From: Spirochaetaceae bacterium
GTDB lineage: Bacteria > Spirochaetota > Spirochaetia > DSM-2461
Assembly: GCA_051531975.1 (NCBI GenBank)
Contig: JAOPTT010000008.1
Location: 64,001 to 128,000, forward strand
Direction: 5' to 3'
Length of the DNA: 64,000 nucleotides
The translations under genes were made by a program, and so were the position numbers. The stretch's first letter is position 1; each line of letters begins with the position of its first letter. Below, piece after piece: positions 47,638 to 59,254 of the stretch. A model generated the notes under the pieces. That model did not search any database, was not told where the DNA came from, and saw only the letters and a program-made list of their open reading frames with translations.

Positions 47638-48117
47638 ATGAAAAAATTATTTACGATAATTGCTGTATTATTTATTGCATTACCAATATTTAGTAATAGT
47701 ACGATGTTAGAAGATACCATATGGGTAATTTCATATATGGATGGAGAAGAAGTAGTTGATAACCAAATTGAACAAAGTTTTGGAGATATCGATGGTGATG
47801 GTATTGAAGAAAAGATGCTAATGAAAATGTATATGACATTTAAAGAGCCAAAAGTCAGAATATATATTAAAATTGATACTTTAGGAACTCCTGGTGTATT
47901 AGAAGGTATGGGTTTAGAACCAACCTTTACATTCACTGAAGCTGACTATACTATTTCTGGTAATTTCATAACTGTTGAAGGTGAAGCTTCAGAATTTGAA
48001 ATAAATGATAATGTACTAACATTAGATCCTAATAAAGAAGATAAAATGTCATTAGTTCCAATTAGTTCTGTCGATTTATCTGAAGCTGTGTCTTCTGTAG
48101 AACTTCAAAATAATTAA
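47638..48117 (+). CDS. Exported acidic beta-rich protein (lipocalin-like?)
   Basis: Signal peptide, LEDTIW, and DIDGDGIEE Ca-binding-like loop. Confidence 0.65.
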   Translation: MKKLFTIIAVLFIALPIFSNSTMLEDTIWVISYMDGEEVVDNQIEQSFGDIDGDGIEEKMLMKMYMTFKEPKVRIYIKIDTLGTPGVLEGMGLEPTFTFTEADYTISGNFITVEGEASEFEINDNVLTLDPNKEDKMSLVPISSVDLSEAVSSVELQNN

Positions 48118-48131
48118 GTATATCGTTTATA

Positions 48132-48173
48132 TTATTGTACAACTAATTATATATATAGTTAGTTGCACAATAA
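48132..48173. terminator. Bidirectional terminator between convergent genes
   Basis: TTATTGTACAACTAATTAT / ATAGTTAGTTGCACAATAA, a long imperfect inverted repeat. Confidence 0.65.
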
Positions 48174-48195
48174 GTTACTATTCTACTTTCTTTTT

Positions 48196-50034
48196 TTAAC
48201 ATTTCGTAAAATTTTGCTTACCTCTGCTTCTTTGTTGTTTACCTTTTTTTGAAGGCTGAGGAATTAAAGCCTTATTTCCTGTACCAATCAGATCAGATCG
48301 TCCAGCTTCTTGTAGCGCCTTTAAAACTGTTAGATAATTCTCAGGTCTATTAAATTGTAATAATGCTCTTTGATACTGTTTATCTTTATGTTCTGTAGCT
48401 ACAAATACCTTTTTACCTGTTTCAGGATTAATTCCTGTGTAGAACATTGCAGTAGATAGAGTTCCTGGTGTTGGATAAAAGTCCTGAACCTGATCAGGTG
48501 TAAAACCTAATGTTTTAAGATATTCCGCAAGTTTTATACCATCTTGTAGTGTAGATCCTGGATGGCTTGATATAAAATAGGGTATGAAAAACTGTTTCTT
48601 ACCAAGTTTTTTATTAAAAGCCTGAAATTTCGAAATAAATCTTTCGAACACTTCGTGTTTAGGTTTACCCATAACTTTTAAAACACTGTTTGAGACATGC
48701 TCTGGTGCTATCTTTAACTGGCCACTAATATGATGCTCACATAGCTCCTTAAAAAATGAATCATCACTGTCCTTTAATAGATAATCAAATCTAAGACCTG
48801 ATCGGATAAATACTTTTTTAATACCAGGAATTTGTCTCATATTTCTTAACATCTTAAGATATTCACTATGGTCAACTTTAACATTGGAACACATCTCATG
48901 ACCTAAACAATCTTTTTCTGGACAAGAACCTTTAGCTTTTTGTTTGTCACAAGCAGCTTCAGTAAAATTTGCTGTTGGTCCTCCAACATCGTGAATATAA
49001 CCTTTGAAATTTTTATTTGAGGTTAGCTCTTTAGCCTCTTTTAAAACAGACTCTGAACTTCTAGAAGTTACAATTCGACCTTGGTGAAATGTTAAAGCAC
49101 AAAAACTACAGCTACCAAAACAACCTCTGTTATTAGTTATGGAAAACTCAACTTCTTTTAAAGCTGGAACACCACCATCTTTTTCATATATAGGATGGTA
49201 AGTTTTGGTATAAGGAAGGGTATAAACAGCATCAAAATCCTCTTTTTTTAGGGGGAAACTTGGCCTATTTTGAATAACATATCTACTACCATCTTTTTCT
49301 GCTAATACTTTCCCTGTGAAAGGGTCAGTATTTTTATGTTGTATATAAAAGCTATCTGAAAACTTCTGTTTATCTGTTTTAATATCTTCAAAGGTAGGTA
49401 GTTCTACAGCATCTTTTGGAAGTTTAGAAGTAGCATAAACTGTACCTCTAACATCTGTGATCTCCTTAATACCTTTACCTTTTTTTAATTTTTTTGCAAT
49501 TTCAACTATTGGATATTCACCCATACCATAAATTAGCAAGTCAGCTTTAGAATCTAATAATATCGAGTGTCTCACCTTATTAGACCAATAATCATAATGT
49601 CCTAAACGTCTTAAAGATGATTCAATTCCACCAACAATTACTGGAATTCCTTTATATGCTTGTTTAATTTTTGAAGTATAAACAATTGTGGCCCTATCTG
49701 GTCTATGTCCAGATTCTCCACCTGGAGAGTAACTATCTTGACGTCTAATTTTTTTATTTACAGTATAATGATTCACCATACTATCGATATTACCAGGAGA
49801 TACTAAGAACGCATATTTAGGTTGTCCTAATATTCTAAAATTTTCAACATTGGTCCAGTCCGGCTGTGGGATTATACCAACTTTAAAGCCTTCACGCTCT
49901 AAAACTCTTGAAATTATTGCGTGACCAAATGATGGATGATCGATATATGCATCTCCACTTACAAGGATAAAATCTAATTCGTCCCAACCTCTAGCTTCCA
50001 TATCTTGTTTATTTATAGGTAAAAAATCTGTCAT
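48196..50034 (-). CDS. ygiQ: YgiQ family radical SAM protein
   Basis: [38 protein letters not shown]. Confidence 0.93.
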   Translation of the reverse strand: MTDFLPINKQDMEARGWDELDFILVSGDAYIDHPSFGHAIISRVLEREGFKVGIIPQPDWTNVENFRILGQPKYAFLVSPGNIDSMVNHYTVNKKIRRQDSYSPGGESGHRPDRATIVYTSKIKQAYKGIPVIVGGIESSLRRLGHYDYWSNKVRHSILLDSKADLLIYGMGEYPIVEIAKKLKKGKGIKEITDVRGTVYATSKLPKDAVELPTFEDIKTDKQKFSDSFYIQHKNTDPFTGKVLAEKDGSRYVIQNRPSFPLKKEDFDAVYTLPYTKTYHPIYEKDGGVPALKEVEFSITNNRGCFGSCSFCALTFHQGRIVTSRSSESVLKEAKELTSNKNFKGYIHDVGGPTANFTEAACDKQKAKGSCPEKDCLGHEMCSNVKVDHSEYLKMLRNMRQIPGIKKVFIRSGLRFDYLLKDSDDSFFKELCEHHISGQLKIAPEHVSNSVLKVMGKPKHEVFERFISKFQAFNKKLGKKQFFIPYFISSHPGSTLQDGIKLAEYLKTLGFTPDQVQDFYPTPGTLSTAMFYTGINPETGKKVFVATEHKDKQYQRALLQFNRPENYLTVLKALQEAGRSDLIGTGNKALIPQPSKKGKQQRSRGKQNFTKC

Positions 50035-50092
50035 GAGGCAACTCTAACACTTTTTATATACATATTTCTATACAGTTGGTGTACAATAAGGC

Positions 50093-50845
50093 ATGAAATA
50101 TGAATTAGAAACAATCCCTGTTTGGGATGCATTTAAAGCAGAATGTGAATGTCCAATATGCCTATTAAATAATAAGGCAGAAGCGACTTACCTTAAGTTC
50201 TATTTAGGAAACTCTGTAATGGTTCCTGAACAGAGAGTTGAAGTAAATAAAACTGGATTTTGCCCCGACCATTATCAGAAACTTTTAAAAAAAAGAAGTC
50301 CACATTATTTAGGATTAATGACACATACACATTTCAAGAAGTATAGAGAGGAATTAACTAGTCAGTTAAATAAGATCCAAAAGTGTGCTGTTACTGCTTC
50401 GAAAAAAATGAATACTCCACTAAAAGATAAAAAACTTAGTGAATCTTTAGAAATACTTAAAAACCTTATTGCTAAAAAAGAAGATGAATGTCTAATATGT
50501 AACAAAATAGAATACACCATGAAGAGATATGTATTTACAACAATTTATCTTTGGAAAAAAAATCCAGAGTTCAAAGATTATTTTAACAGGTCAAAAGGAT
50601 TTTGTCTGATTCATCAATCGTTAATTGCCCAAATGGCATCGGATTATCTAAATGGGAAAGAGTTAGGGGATTTTGCTTTGGATTTAGTGAAAATTCAACA
50701 GACAAATCTTCAAAGGTTAGAAGATGAGATTTTATATTTTACTCAGAAGTTTAGTCAGGAAAACGACGATAAACCTTGGAATGGGACAAAAGACGCCCAT
50801 TATAGGCTTGTTCAAAAAATAACAGGTAAAACTACAGATTATTAG
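50093..50845 (+). CDS. DUF6062 family protein
   Basis: TIPVWDAF..ECPIC, GFCPDH, ECLIC, GFCLIH: duplicated CxxC/CxxH pairs. Confidence 0.75.
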   Translation: MKYELETIPVWDAFKAECECPICLLNNKAEATYLKFYLGNSVMVPEQRVEVNKTGFCPDHYQKLLKKRSPHYLGLMTHTHFKKYREELTSQLNKIQKCAVTASKKMNTPLKDKKLSESLEILKNLIAKKEDECLICNKIEYTMKRYVFTTIYLWKKNPEFKDYFNRSKGFCLIHQSLIAQMASDYLNGKELGDFALDLVKIQQTNLQRLEDEILYFTQKFSQENDDKPWNGTKDAHYRLVQKITGKTTDY

Positions 50846-51185
50846 TTTTTTTTAGTATAACCAACCCTGACAAAAGGGTTGGTATTAATAAAACAAAATA
50901 AAACAGAGAGTATATATTAAAAATATATATTATATTAAAAAGATAAATAGCACTGGATATAAAAAATGCCACTGCTACAATTCTCAAAAATAGAACCCTT
51001 TTAAATCTTAAAATATCATTTAGTAAATATATACAAAAAATAAATAGGAGTCCTACAACAGCGAGCCATCTTAAACTAAGTTGTCCATCTATTTTTGGTA
51101 ATACTGCAAACAGTAAACCAAACTGAAACACCATATTAAAAAGCCACATTATAGCAAATAAAAATCTCAGTTTGGTTCGCATCAA
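50832..51185 (-). CDS. Small 4-TM membrane protein
   Basis: Four hydrophobic segments; immediately downstream of valS. Confidence 0.6.
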   Translation of the reverse strand: MMRTKLRFLFAIMWLFNMVFQFGLLFAVLPKIDGQLSLRWLAVVGLLFIFCIYLLNDILRFKRVLFLRIVAVAFFISSAIYLFNIIYIFNIYSLFYFVLLIPTLLSGLVILKKTNNL

Positions 51186-51187
51186 TA

Positions 51188-53836
51188 TTATCCTTCTAAT
51201 CCTTTTAAGTGAGCAGTCATCTTTTCTACAGCAAATGTAAACTCTTCTAATTTACTATTTTCCTTAGCAATAATTTCAGGTTTTGCTCTAGAAGTGAAGT
51301 TCTCGTTAGAAAGTTTCTTCTCTGTTTGCTCTTTCAATTTAAGGTTTTTTGCTAGATCTTTTTTTAGTTTTGCAATTTCAGCGACCACATCAATTACATC
51401 TTTAATATATACAAATGCTTCAAAACCATTACCTACAACTGCGATAGCACCATCTGTAGAGTCAGAACCAGACATCAATTCTAGGTCATTTGAACCTGAT
51501 AAAGATCCTAATAACTTAGTTTCATTACCAAAAAATTCTTCACCATGAAAACCTTTATCACACTTAACTCGGACTTTAATCTTTTTTCCAGGAGGTAAGT
51601 TAAACTCGCCTCTTAGTGTTCTAACAGATTGAACTAACTCTTTTAAGGACTCAAAAGCATTAGCTGTTTTAACATCTTCTCTTTCTACTTTTACTATAGG
51701 GTAATCAGCAATTATTAATGCACCATTATCTAGTGGTAGTTTCTGATATATTTCTTCCGTAATAAAAGATAAAAATGGATGAAGTAGCCTTAAAGACTCT
51801 TCTAAGATGTTTACAAGCATTGTAACAGCTTTATCTTTTGTTTTTTCATTATCACTATATAGTTCTAGTTTACTACTCTCTACATACCAATCACAGAAAT
51901 CATTCCAGAAAAAGTCGTAACAAGCATGGGTCATATCGTCAAATCTGTAAGCTTCAAATGCCTTTGTCACATCTTTTACAGTTTGATTCAGTCTATGATA
52001 TATCCACTTATCTGCACCGGTTAATTCAATCTCATCACTGCTTAAAAGTTCTCGACCTTCAAGGTTCATTAAAATGTATCTAGAGGCGTTCCAAATTTTA
52101 TTACAAAACTTACTACCAATTTTACAAGTATCACTTCCAAAAGGAATATCTTGACCTTGTGCAGACAAGTAAGCCAAAGTAAATTTAAGAGCATCGGCAC
52201 CAAATTCGTCTATAACAACAAGGGGATCAATACCATTACCTAAAGACTTACTCATTTTTCGACCTTTACTATCTCTAATAAGTGGGGTTAAGTAGATATC
52301 TTTAAATGGTGCTTTACCTGTAAATTCCTTACCAGCCATAACCATTCTTGCAACCCAGAAGAATATAATATCGTATCCAGTTACTAAAGTTGACGTAGGA
52401 TAAAATTTATCTACATCCGCTGTCTTCTCTGGCCACCCTAAAGTTGAAAATGGCCATAACCATGATGAAAACCATGTATCTAGAACATCATTATCTTGTC
52501 TTATTTTTTTAGAATTACATTTAGTACAATTTTCTGGAGAATCTTTTTCAACCATCATTTCGCCACAATCTTCACAGTAATACACTGGGATTCGATGTCC
52601 CCACCATAACTGTCTAGATATACACCAGTCTCTAATGTTATCCATCCAGTTTTTATATGTACTATCCCATTTTTTTGGAAAGAACTTAATTTCTTCATCT
52701 TCCCATGCTTGAATCGCTTGATCAGCCAACGGCTGCATTCGAACAAACCACTGCTCAGACATATATGGTTCAACTACAGTTTTACAACGGTAACAGTGTC
52801 CAACCTGATGAGGTTTCTCAACTTCACCAATAAAAAGACCAACTTCAGTTAAATCAAATATAACTAAACCCCTAGCGTCTTTACATGTTTTACCACGATA
52901 TTTTTCTGGTACATTACTATTAAGTGTTCCATCAGGGTTTAAAATGTTTAGTTTTTCTAAATTATGTCTCTCACCTATCTCCCAGTCATTAGGATCATGG
53001 GCTGGTGTTACTTTAAGAGCACCTGTTCCAAGTTCAATATCAACATAGCTGTCACCTATTATTTTAACAGTTCTATTAGATAAAGGTAGTTCTAACTCTT
53101 TACCAATAAAATCTGAATACCTTGGATCTTCAGGGTTTACGGCAACAGCAGTATCACCAAACAGTGTTTCTGGTCTAGTTGTAGCAATTGTTAAAAACTT
53201 ATCCTCACCAACAACTTTATATTTAATACTATATAATTTACCTTGCTTTTCTTCATGGTCTACTTCGTCGTCTGCTAAAGCTGTTCCACAAGATGGACAC
53301 CAGTTTACTAAATACTCACCTCTATAAATTAGATCTTTTTTATATAGATTAACAAAAACTTCTTTAACAGCTTCAGTTAAACCATCGTCCATAGTAAATC
53401 GTTCCCTAGACCAATCACAAGATGCACCTAACTTTCGTAATTGTTTTGTAATTACACTGTGGTGATCTTCCTTAACCTGCCAAACTCTTTCAAGAAATTT
53501 CTCTCTACCAAGATCATGTCGTCCAAGACCCTCTTTTTTTAGCTGACGCTCAACAACATTCTGAGTTGCTATACCTGCATGGTCTGTACCAGGAACCCAT
53601 AACGTAGGTCTTCCTAACATTCTATTATATCTAATTAAAATATCTTGTAGAGTATTGTTTAAACCGTGTCCCATATGTAGAACCCCAGTAACATTTGGAG
53701 GAGGAATGACGACGGTAAAAGGCTCTTTTTCACTGTTTTCGTTTGGTTTGAAGTAATTGTTTTCTTCCCAGAACTTGTATAACCTATCTTCGAAGTCTTT
53801 AGGATTATACGCCTTTTCCATTTCTATAGCTTTCAT
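51188..53836 (-). CDS. valS: Valine--tRNA ligase
   Basis: PPPNVTG..HMGH, DWCISRQLWWGH, KMSKS, C-terminal coiled coil. Confidence 0.98.
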   Translation of the reverse strand: MKAIEMEKAYNPKDFEDRLYKFWEENNYFKPNENSEKEPFTVVIPPPNVTGVLHMGHGLNNTLQDILIRYNRMLGRPTLWVPGTDHAGIATQNVVERQLKKEGLGRHDLGREKFLERVWQVKEDHHSVITKQLRKLGASCDWSRERFTMDDGLTEAVKEVFVNLYKKDLIYRGEYLVNWCPSCGTALADDEVDHEEKQGKLYSIKYKVVGEDKFLTIATTRPETLFGDTAVAVNPEDPRYSDFIGKELELPLSNRTVKIIGDSYVDIELGTGALKVTPAHDPNDWEIGERHNLEKLNILNPDGTLNSNVPEKYRGKTCKDARGLVIFDLTEVGLFIGEVEKPHQVGHCYRCKTVVEPYMSEQWFVRMQPLADQAIQAWEDEEIKFFPKKWDSTYKNWMDNIRDWCISRQLWWGHRIPVYYCEDCGEMMVEKDSPENCTKCNSKKIRQDNDVLDTWFSSWLWPFSTLGWPEKTADVDKFYPTSTLVTGYDIIFFWVARMVMAGKEFTGKAPFKDIYLTPLIRDSKGRKMSKSLGNGIDPLVVIDEFGADALKFTLAYLSAQGQDIPFGSDTCKIGSKFCNKIWNASRYILMNLEGRELLSSDEIELTGADKWIYHRLNQTVKDVTKAFEAYRFDDMTHACYDFFWNDFCDWYVESSKLELYSDNEKTKDKAVTMLVNILEESLRLLHPFLSFITEEIYQKLPLDNGALIIADYPIVKVEREDVKTANAFESLKELVQSVRTLRGEFNLPPGKKIKVRVKCDKGFHGEEFFGNETKLLGSLSGSNDLELMSGSDSTDGAIAVVGNGFEAFVYIKDVIDVVAEIAKLKKDLAKNLKLKEQTEKKLSNENFTSRAKPEIIAKENSKLEEFTFAVEKMTAHLKGLEG

Positions 53837-53890
53837 ATTAGCTCCTCTAAATCATTGTAAGAGCATAATAACAAAAGTAAGGGTTCTGGT

Positions 53891-55102
53891 CTATATTCGT
53901 TTTTTCTTTATTCTATCCATTTTTCTAAAATAGATACTTTGAGAATGGATTTCAGAAACATCTGAAGTTTGTAGTTTTCCTTCTTTCTCTGAAATACGAG
54001 GGTTTTTAAGAAATTCTTTTAATGGTTCATCTACTGATTCTCTTGGGATACCAACAATACTAACTAACTCTTTTATACCAAAATTAAACTTAAAAGTTTC
54101 TTTGGAATTATATTTAGCATTCATTTTTTCTAATTCTACTGATAACCAGTCGTATAAACGTCCTAAATGATCATCTATATTTGAATTCTCTATAAGTTTT
54201 GTTGTTCCCCATATTCGTTCTGCTAATAATATTGTAAGTTTAGTAACAATCTGAGGTTGCTCAGATACCATCTTTTTAAAATTACTTCTACTAATAACCA
54301 TAAGTTGGGAGTTTTCATTACTGATTGCTGCTGCAGATCTAGGTTTATCTTCTAATAGTGCCATCTCTCCAAACATATCACCAGGTTTTAAAATTGCCAA
54401 TATAATTTCTTTATCATCAACAATTTTAGTTATTTTAACAGTTCCTTTCTGAATGATATAAAGTTCTGATCCTTTTTGACCCTCACCAAAGATCATGCAA
54501 TCTTGGGGGTAAACTCTATTAAATGAGCTATCACCGTCAATAGCTACTTGAGTTTTAGCATACGGTGTAATTTTTGCTAATCTCTGTGTTGCTTTTGCAA
54601 CATTTGCACCGTTTGGAGCTTCTTCTAGATATTTTTTATATAAAAAGTAAGCTTCATTAAATCTATTTGTTCTAATATATAGTTCAGCTGAAGTAAAAAG
54701 TGTATGAGAACCTAGTTCATCCCCGGAATCATTAGTTTTTCTAACTAATTCTTTATTTAATATTCTAACACGCTGGGAGAAACCATTAATAATATTCATA
54801 GCAACTGCAGTATTGTTTTGTATTAAAAACTGGAATTGATCTTTTTTGACGGTTATTATTTTAACCTCTTCAAGGGCTAAAGCGGTATCAATATGAGGAT
54901 GATGACTCATAGTGGAAACAACACCAAAAAAGTCTCCAGGTTTTAATACAATTGCCTTAGATTCTCCTTTGATGTCAATTTCTTTGGTAACACGCACAGT
55001 TCCGGAACGAATAATATAAAAACATTCAGCTTTATGTTCCCCAATTGTTGTGATATAAGCGCCTTTACGACAAGACATTATTCCTAACTGTGCATTAGCC
55101 AT
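53891..55102 (-). CDS. Crp/Fnr-family protein with two cNMP-binding domains and a TPR-like linker
   Basis: PGDFFG and PGDMFGEMAL..PRSA; central helical repeat. Confidence 0.85.
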   Translation of the reverse strand: MANAQLGIMSCRKGAYITTIGEHKAECFYIIRSGTVRVTKEIDIKGESKAIVLKPGDFFGVVSTMSHHPHIDTALALEEVKIITVKKDQFQFLIQNNTAVAMNIINGFSQRVRILNKELVRKTNDSGDELGSHTLFTSAELYIRTNRFNEAYFLYKKYLEEAPNGANVAKATQRLAKITPYAKTQVAIDGDSSFNRVYPQDCMIFGEGQKGSELYIIQKGTVKITKIVDDKEIILAILKPGDMFGEMALLEDKPRSAAAISNENSQLMVISRSNFKKMVSEQPQIVTKLTILLAERIWGTTKLIENSNIDDHLGRLYDWLSVELEKMNAKYNSKETFKFNFGIKELVSIVGIPRESVDEPLKEFLKNPRISEKEGKLQTSDVSEIHSQSIYFRKMDRIKKKRI

Positions 55103-55142
55103 ATAACCCTCTACTCTTTTTAATTATATTTATATTATATAC

Positions 55143-56435
55143 TTAAAGTTCAGGATAAAGTGGGAATTTTTTACAAAGAGTTCCAACTTTTTCTTTTACT
55201 CCATTAATTATCGTTTTATCACCACCAGATTTTAGTACATCAACAATATACTGAGCGATTTCACCCATCTGATCTTCTTTCATTCCTCTAGTAGTAATAG
55301 CAGGTGTACCAATTCTAATACCAGAAGTTACAAATGGACTCCTAGTTTCAAATGGTATTGTATTTTTATTTACAGTAATTCCAGCTTCATCTAATAGTGC
55401 TTCAGCTACTTTACCAGTAACATCTAATGCTGTCAGATCTACAAGTGATAAATGGTTATCAGTTCCACCAGATACAATTCTAGCTCCTAAACTTGTTAAT
55501 GCATCACTTAATACTGATGAGTTCTTAACAACTTGTTCCTGATATAATTTAAAATCTGGAGTTAAAGCTTCTTGAAAAGCAGCAGCTTTAGCAGCAATTA
55601 TATGCATTAAAGGTCCACCCTGACATCCTGGGAAAATAGCACCATCGACAAGTTCAGAAAACATCTTAACTCTGCCAGATTTTGCTGCCACAGCTCCCAT
55701 GTCATTTTGACGGTCTTTACCCATAAGGATCATACCACCTCTAGGACCTCTAAGAGTTTTATGTGTAGTTGATGTAGTAAAGTCAGAATACATAACTGGA
55801 GATGGATGTACACCACCAGCAACTAAACCAGCGATATGTGCCATATCAGTCATTAAATAGGCTCCAACTTCATCTGCTATCTCTCTAAATTTCTTAAAAT
55901 CAATAATTCTAGAATATGCAGAAGCTCCAGCAACAATTAGTTTTGGTTTAACCTGTTTAGCTTGTGCCATTAAAGCATCATAATCAATTGTCTCAGTGTC
56001 TTTAGAAACACCGTAACTTGTAAAGTTATATAATTGTCCTGAAAAGTTAACTGGAGAACCATGGGTTAAATGTCCACCATGGGAAAGATCCATACCTAAA
56101 ACCGTATCACCTGGTTTTAAAATAGTTAAATAGACACCCATGTTAGCTTGGCTACCTGAGTGGGGCTGTACATTAACATATTCACAACCAAAAATCTCTT
56201 TTGCTCTATCTCTAGCAATATTTTCAGTTATATCAACTTTTTCACAACCACCATAATATCTTTTTGAAGGATAACCTTCAGCATATTTATTAGTCAATAC
56301 AGAACCAGCAGCCTCTAATACTGCCCGGGAGACAATATTTTCAGATGCAATTAATTCTAAATTACCTCGTTGTCTTACTAATTCCTTATTCATTGCTTCA
56401 AAAAGCTCTGGGTCTGTAGCCTTTAAGTTTTTCAT
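55143..56435 (-). CDS. glyA: Serine hydroxymethyltransferase
   Basis: [31 protein letters not shown]. Confidence 0.98.
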   Translation of the reverse strand: MKNLKATDPELFEAMNKELVRQRGNLELIASENIVSRAVLEAAGSVLTNKYAEGYPSKRYYGGCEKVDITENIARDRAKEIFGCEYVNVQPHSGSQANMGVYLTILKPGDTVLGMDLSHGGHLTHGSPVNFSGQLYNFTSYGVSKDTETIDYDALMAQAKQVKPKLIVAGASAYSRIIDFKKFREIADEVGAYLMTDMAHIAGLVAGGVHPSPVMYSDFTTSTTHKTLRGPRGGMILMGKDRQNDMGAVAAKSGRVKMFSELVDGAIFPGCQGGPLMHIIAAKAAAFQEALTPDFKLYQEQVVKNSSVLSDALTSLGARIVSGGTDNHLSLVDLTALDVTGKVAEALLDEAGITVNKNTIPFETRSPFVTSGIRIGTPAITTRGMKEDQMGEIAQYIVDVLKSGGDKTIINGVKEKVGTLCKKFPLYPEL

Positions 56436-56450
56436 ATTTACTCCTGTTAA

Positions 56451-57989
56451 TTATTTTACTTCTATATTATGCCATATGGCTTCATAACTTTCTATATTAC
56501 CCTGAGAATTACTTATACAATTTTGCAGTGCATAAAAATCTTCTTCATATTTATCACTTTGATACTCAATTTTTGTTACACCCTTAGAAAATCCTATTCT
56601 ATTATTTTCTAAAAAGCCAATATTATAATCACTATTTTTATTTATTTCTAAGAGATCTAAAGGAATCCACCCACCATTTGGTAAATAAAACTCCAACCAT
56701 TGGTAATTTACTACCTCTTCAGAAACAGTAATACCTTTGATAATTCGAGTTGGAATTCCTATACTTCTTAACATCGAGCAAGCCAGGTTAACAAGTCCAA
56801 ACTCAGATACGGCTCTGTTTTTAAAACCAATCTTTGAATCACTAACACCATTATCCTGGGTTTTAATATATTTTAAAACCCAATTTATTATGGATTCGAC
56901 CTGAGTTAATCTGTTATTAGTGTTACGAACAATCCAAGATGCTGTGTTATATATGTCCTTATCAGATTTATCAACAAATGGGATAAACTTAAATCCCATT
57001 AAATAATCAGGAGATTTTTTATTATAAATTCTACCGATTAAATCTTTTCTGATTTTAACTTCTATTGAACTAATAGTGACTTCTGTTTCTAATTCTATAA
57101 TACTCTCATAACCACTTTCGTTAATTTCAATAAAATGGTCATAGGTATTTTTTTCTATATTAAATATACCCGATTCTGAATGTAATGAAATATCTTTTTG
57201 GTTATAATCCCCATATACACATGGTACAAAAAGATTTATAAAACTTTTATTTAATGCAACAACACTGTTCAGCTCAATTTTTTGTTTCAGATGATATATG
57301 ATGTTATCCTTCTGCATATATAATATTGCTGGTGTATTATTATTATGAAGTGTCCAATCGTTACTTATTCCAATATTATTAACAACACTTAGAATAATAT
57401 TATCAATCCCATATGGTAAGTTAAAAACAATCGAATCATCATTCCAACTTATAATTGAATTTATATTTATATCAATGACATCCCCGGTTAAACCAGTAAC
57501 AAGTAGAGAAGAGCTCTCTCTTTTAGTTCCAAACCCCCGCCCAGAAATTATTATTTTAAGATCAGAATCATCAGTATAATTTACTGATTCAATATATGGA
57601 TAACCAGCTCTAGATCCTTCTAATTTAATTTTAGGAACATCGTTTAAACTTGTTATTAAATATGAATTACTTTCTCCAAACATATTAATGACTGTAATCA
57701 TTCCAGATTTAAAATCATCAGTTAGAGTTAATTCTATTTCATTATCATCCCATGATTTGATGAATTTACTAAAAACCATTTTCTCATTTATAAAAACTCG
57801 ACCTCTAGAAATTTCACCACCAAAATAATTACCATACAAAGTAATTGTTTCTCCAGGATAAGCGGCACTTACTGATAAACTGTTTAGTTCTGGTGTTCTA
57901 CCAATGCTTTTTACATTTATTAATAAAATTAATAACAATACAAACAGTACTGAAAGAAGTGCCCCTATTATCTTTTTATTTAATCTCAA
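56451..57989 (-). CDS. Membrane-anchored IPT/TIG-domain protein with a degenerate transglutaminase-like domain
   Basis: N-terminal TM; PGETITLYGNYFG and IISWNDDSI Ig-like repeats; LRSIGIPTR..QWLEFYLP..GWIPLD. Confidence 0.8.
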   Translation of the reverse strand: MRLNKKIIGALLSVLFVLLLILLINVKSIGRTPELNSLSVSAAYPGETITLYGNYFGGEISRGRVFINEKMVFSKFIKSWDDNEIELTLTDDFKSGMITVINMFGESNSYLITSLNDVPKIKLEGSRAGYPYIESVNYTDDSDLKIIISGRGFGTKRESSSLLVTGLTGDVIDININSIISWNDDSIVFNLPYGIDNIILSVVNNIGISNDWTLHNNNTPAILYMQKDNIIYHLKQKIELNSVVALNKSFINLFVPCVYGDYNQKDISLHSESGIFNIEKNTYDHFIEINESGYESIIELETEVTISSIEVKIRKDLIGRIYNKKSPDYLMGFKFIPFVDKSDKDIYNTASWIVRNTNNRLTQVESIINWVLKYIKTQDNGVSDSKIGFKNRAVSEFGLVNLACSMLRSIGIPTRIIKGITVSEEVVNYQWLEFYLPNGGWIPLDLLEINKNSDYNIGFLENNRIGFSKGVTKIEYQSDKYEEDFYALQNCISNSQGNIESYEAIWHNIEVK

Positions 57990-58417
57990 ACATCGTCTCC
58001 GTTATGTTTAATCAACTTTAATTCCATTATAACCTTGGGATTAACGTCTGTATCTCCTAGAGGAAAAAATAAAATATCTTTATTAAAGCTTGTAACTATC
58101 TCTTTACTGCTCGATTGAATAATGTCTTCCGTTTCTAAACTTGTCACGATACATGATGTTTGTAAAAGTATGTTTTTTTTGTCCATAACAATAGGATTTA
58201 GGGTAGCAGTTAAATTACCATCATATCCATTTAAACTGATACTAATGCTACGATTACTTATGGTATATTTTGTTAAATCAACACTCCATAATTCATTAGC
58301 ATCTGAATCAACAATTTTAATTTTAACATCAATTTGTAAAAGCCCTGAAACGTCAAAATCTCCTGCCCAAATAATTGATGGGAAGATGAAAAGAAGTAAG
58401 TAAAAGGATTTAATCAT
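57986..58417 (-). CDS. Exported hypothetical protein in the ECF operon
   Basis: Signal peptide; FFPLG motif; overlaps its neighbours by 4 nt. Confidence 0.7.
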   Translation of the reverse strand: MIKSFYLLLFIFPSIIWAGDFDVSGLLQIDVKIKIVDSDANELWSVDLTKYTISNRSISISLNGYDGNLTATLNPIVMDKKNILLQTSCIVTSLETEDIIQSSSKEIVTSFNKDILFFPLGDTDVNPKVIMELKLIKHNGDDV

Positions 58418-58758
58418 AACTCTCCTTTAGTAAACTCAAAATTAGAAATTAGAGTTGAATCTCCAGCGGACATTATTGATAAAGATTGTGGAACTTCTAT
58501 AATTGTTTCACTATCTAATTGATCATTTCTAAGATATTTTTCTAAGCTATTATAATCGATATCTCCTTGGAGACCTGAATTGTTAAATATTAATATATTT
58601 TTTAGATATAATGCAGTGCAACATGTAGTAAAAATAAATAGGCAGAGGAACAATGAATATTGATAAATACTTGGCTTTCTCTTCTTCTCTCTTATTGCCC
58701 CTTCTATCCGATTTCTAATTTCTATTTTACTATTAGAAAAATTAGGTAGAGTATCCAT
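58414..58758 (-). CDS. Putative single-TM anti-sigma factor
   Basis: One TM helix; immediately downstream of the ECF sigma gene. Confidence 0.55.
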   Translation of the reverse strand: MDTLPNFSNSKIEIRNRIEGAIREKKRKPSIYQYSLFLCLFIFTTCCTALYLKNILIFNNSGLQGDIDYNSLEKYLRNDQLDSETIIEVPQSLSIMSAGDSTLISNFEFTKGEL

Positions 58759-58759
58759 G

Positions 58760-59254
58760 TTAAATCTCCTTAATCTTTTCTTTAAACATATTCTTAGCTC
58801 TATGTATCAAAACCTTTACATTTGATTCTGAAACTTTTAACAATTTTGAAATTTCTAAATAACTTAAAAATTCATATTCTTTTAAAATTAATGGAAGCCT
58901 ATATTTATAAGGTATCAACAGAAGTGCTTTTTGTATATCAGAAATTTCCTCTTTTTTTAATAAAGAAGTCAAACCTGTCTCATTTTCGTAAGATCGGTTC
59001 TCATTTTTGTAATCTCTGAATATTCTACGTTCAACTTTCCTTCTTTTTTCGTAGTTTATAGATAGGTTCTTTACAATCTTAATAAGATAAAAAGTTGCTT
59101 TATCATCTTCTTTTTTGTCTTTATATTTTTCAAAATACTTAATAAAAGCATCTTGACATAGGTCCTCTGCTGTCTCTTTATCTCCAGTAAATCTATATGC
59201 GATTCTTATAATTATATCAAAGTTATCATCATATATTGAGTTAAATGTAGACAC
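58760..59254 (-). CDS. ECF RNA polymerase sigma factor (RpoE-like)
   Basis: AEDLCQDAF; YRLPLILKEY..SYLEIS..SNVKVLIHRAK. Confidence 0.9.
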   Translation of the reverse strand: MSTFNSIYDDNFDIIIRIAYRFTGDKETAEDLCQDAFIKYFEKYKDKKEDDKATFYLIKIVKNLSINYEKRRKVERRIFRDYKNENRSYENETGLTSLLKKEEISDIQKALLLIPYKYRLPLILKEYEFLSYLEISKLLKVSESNVKVLIHRAKNMFKEKIKEI

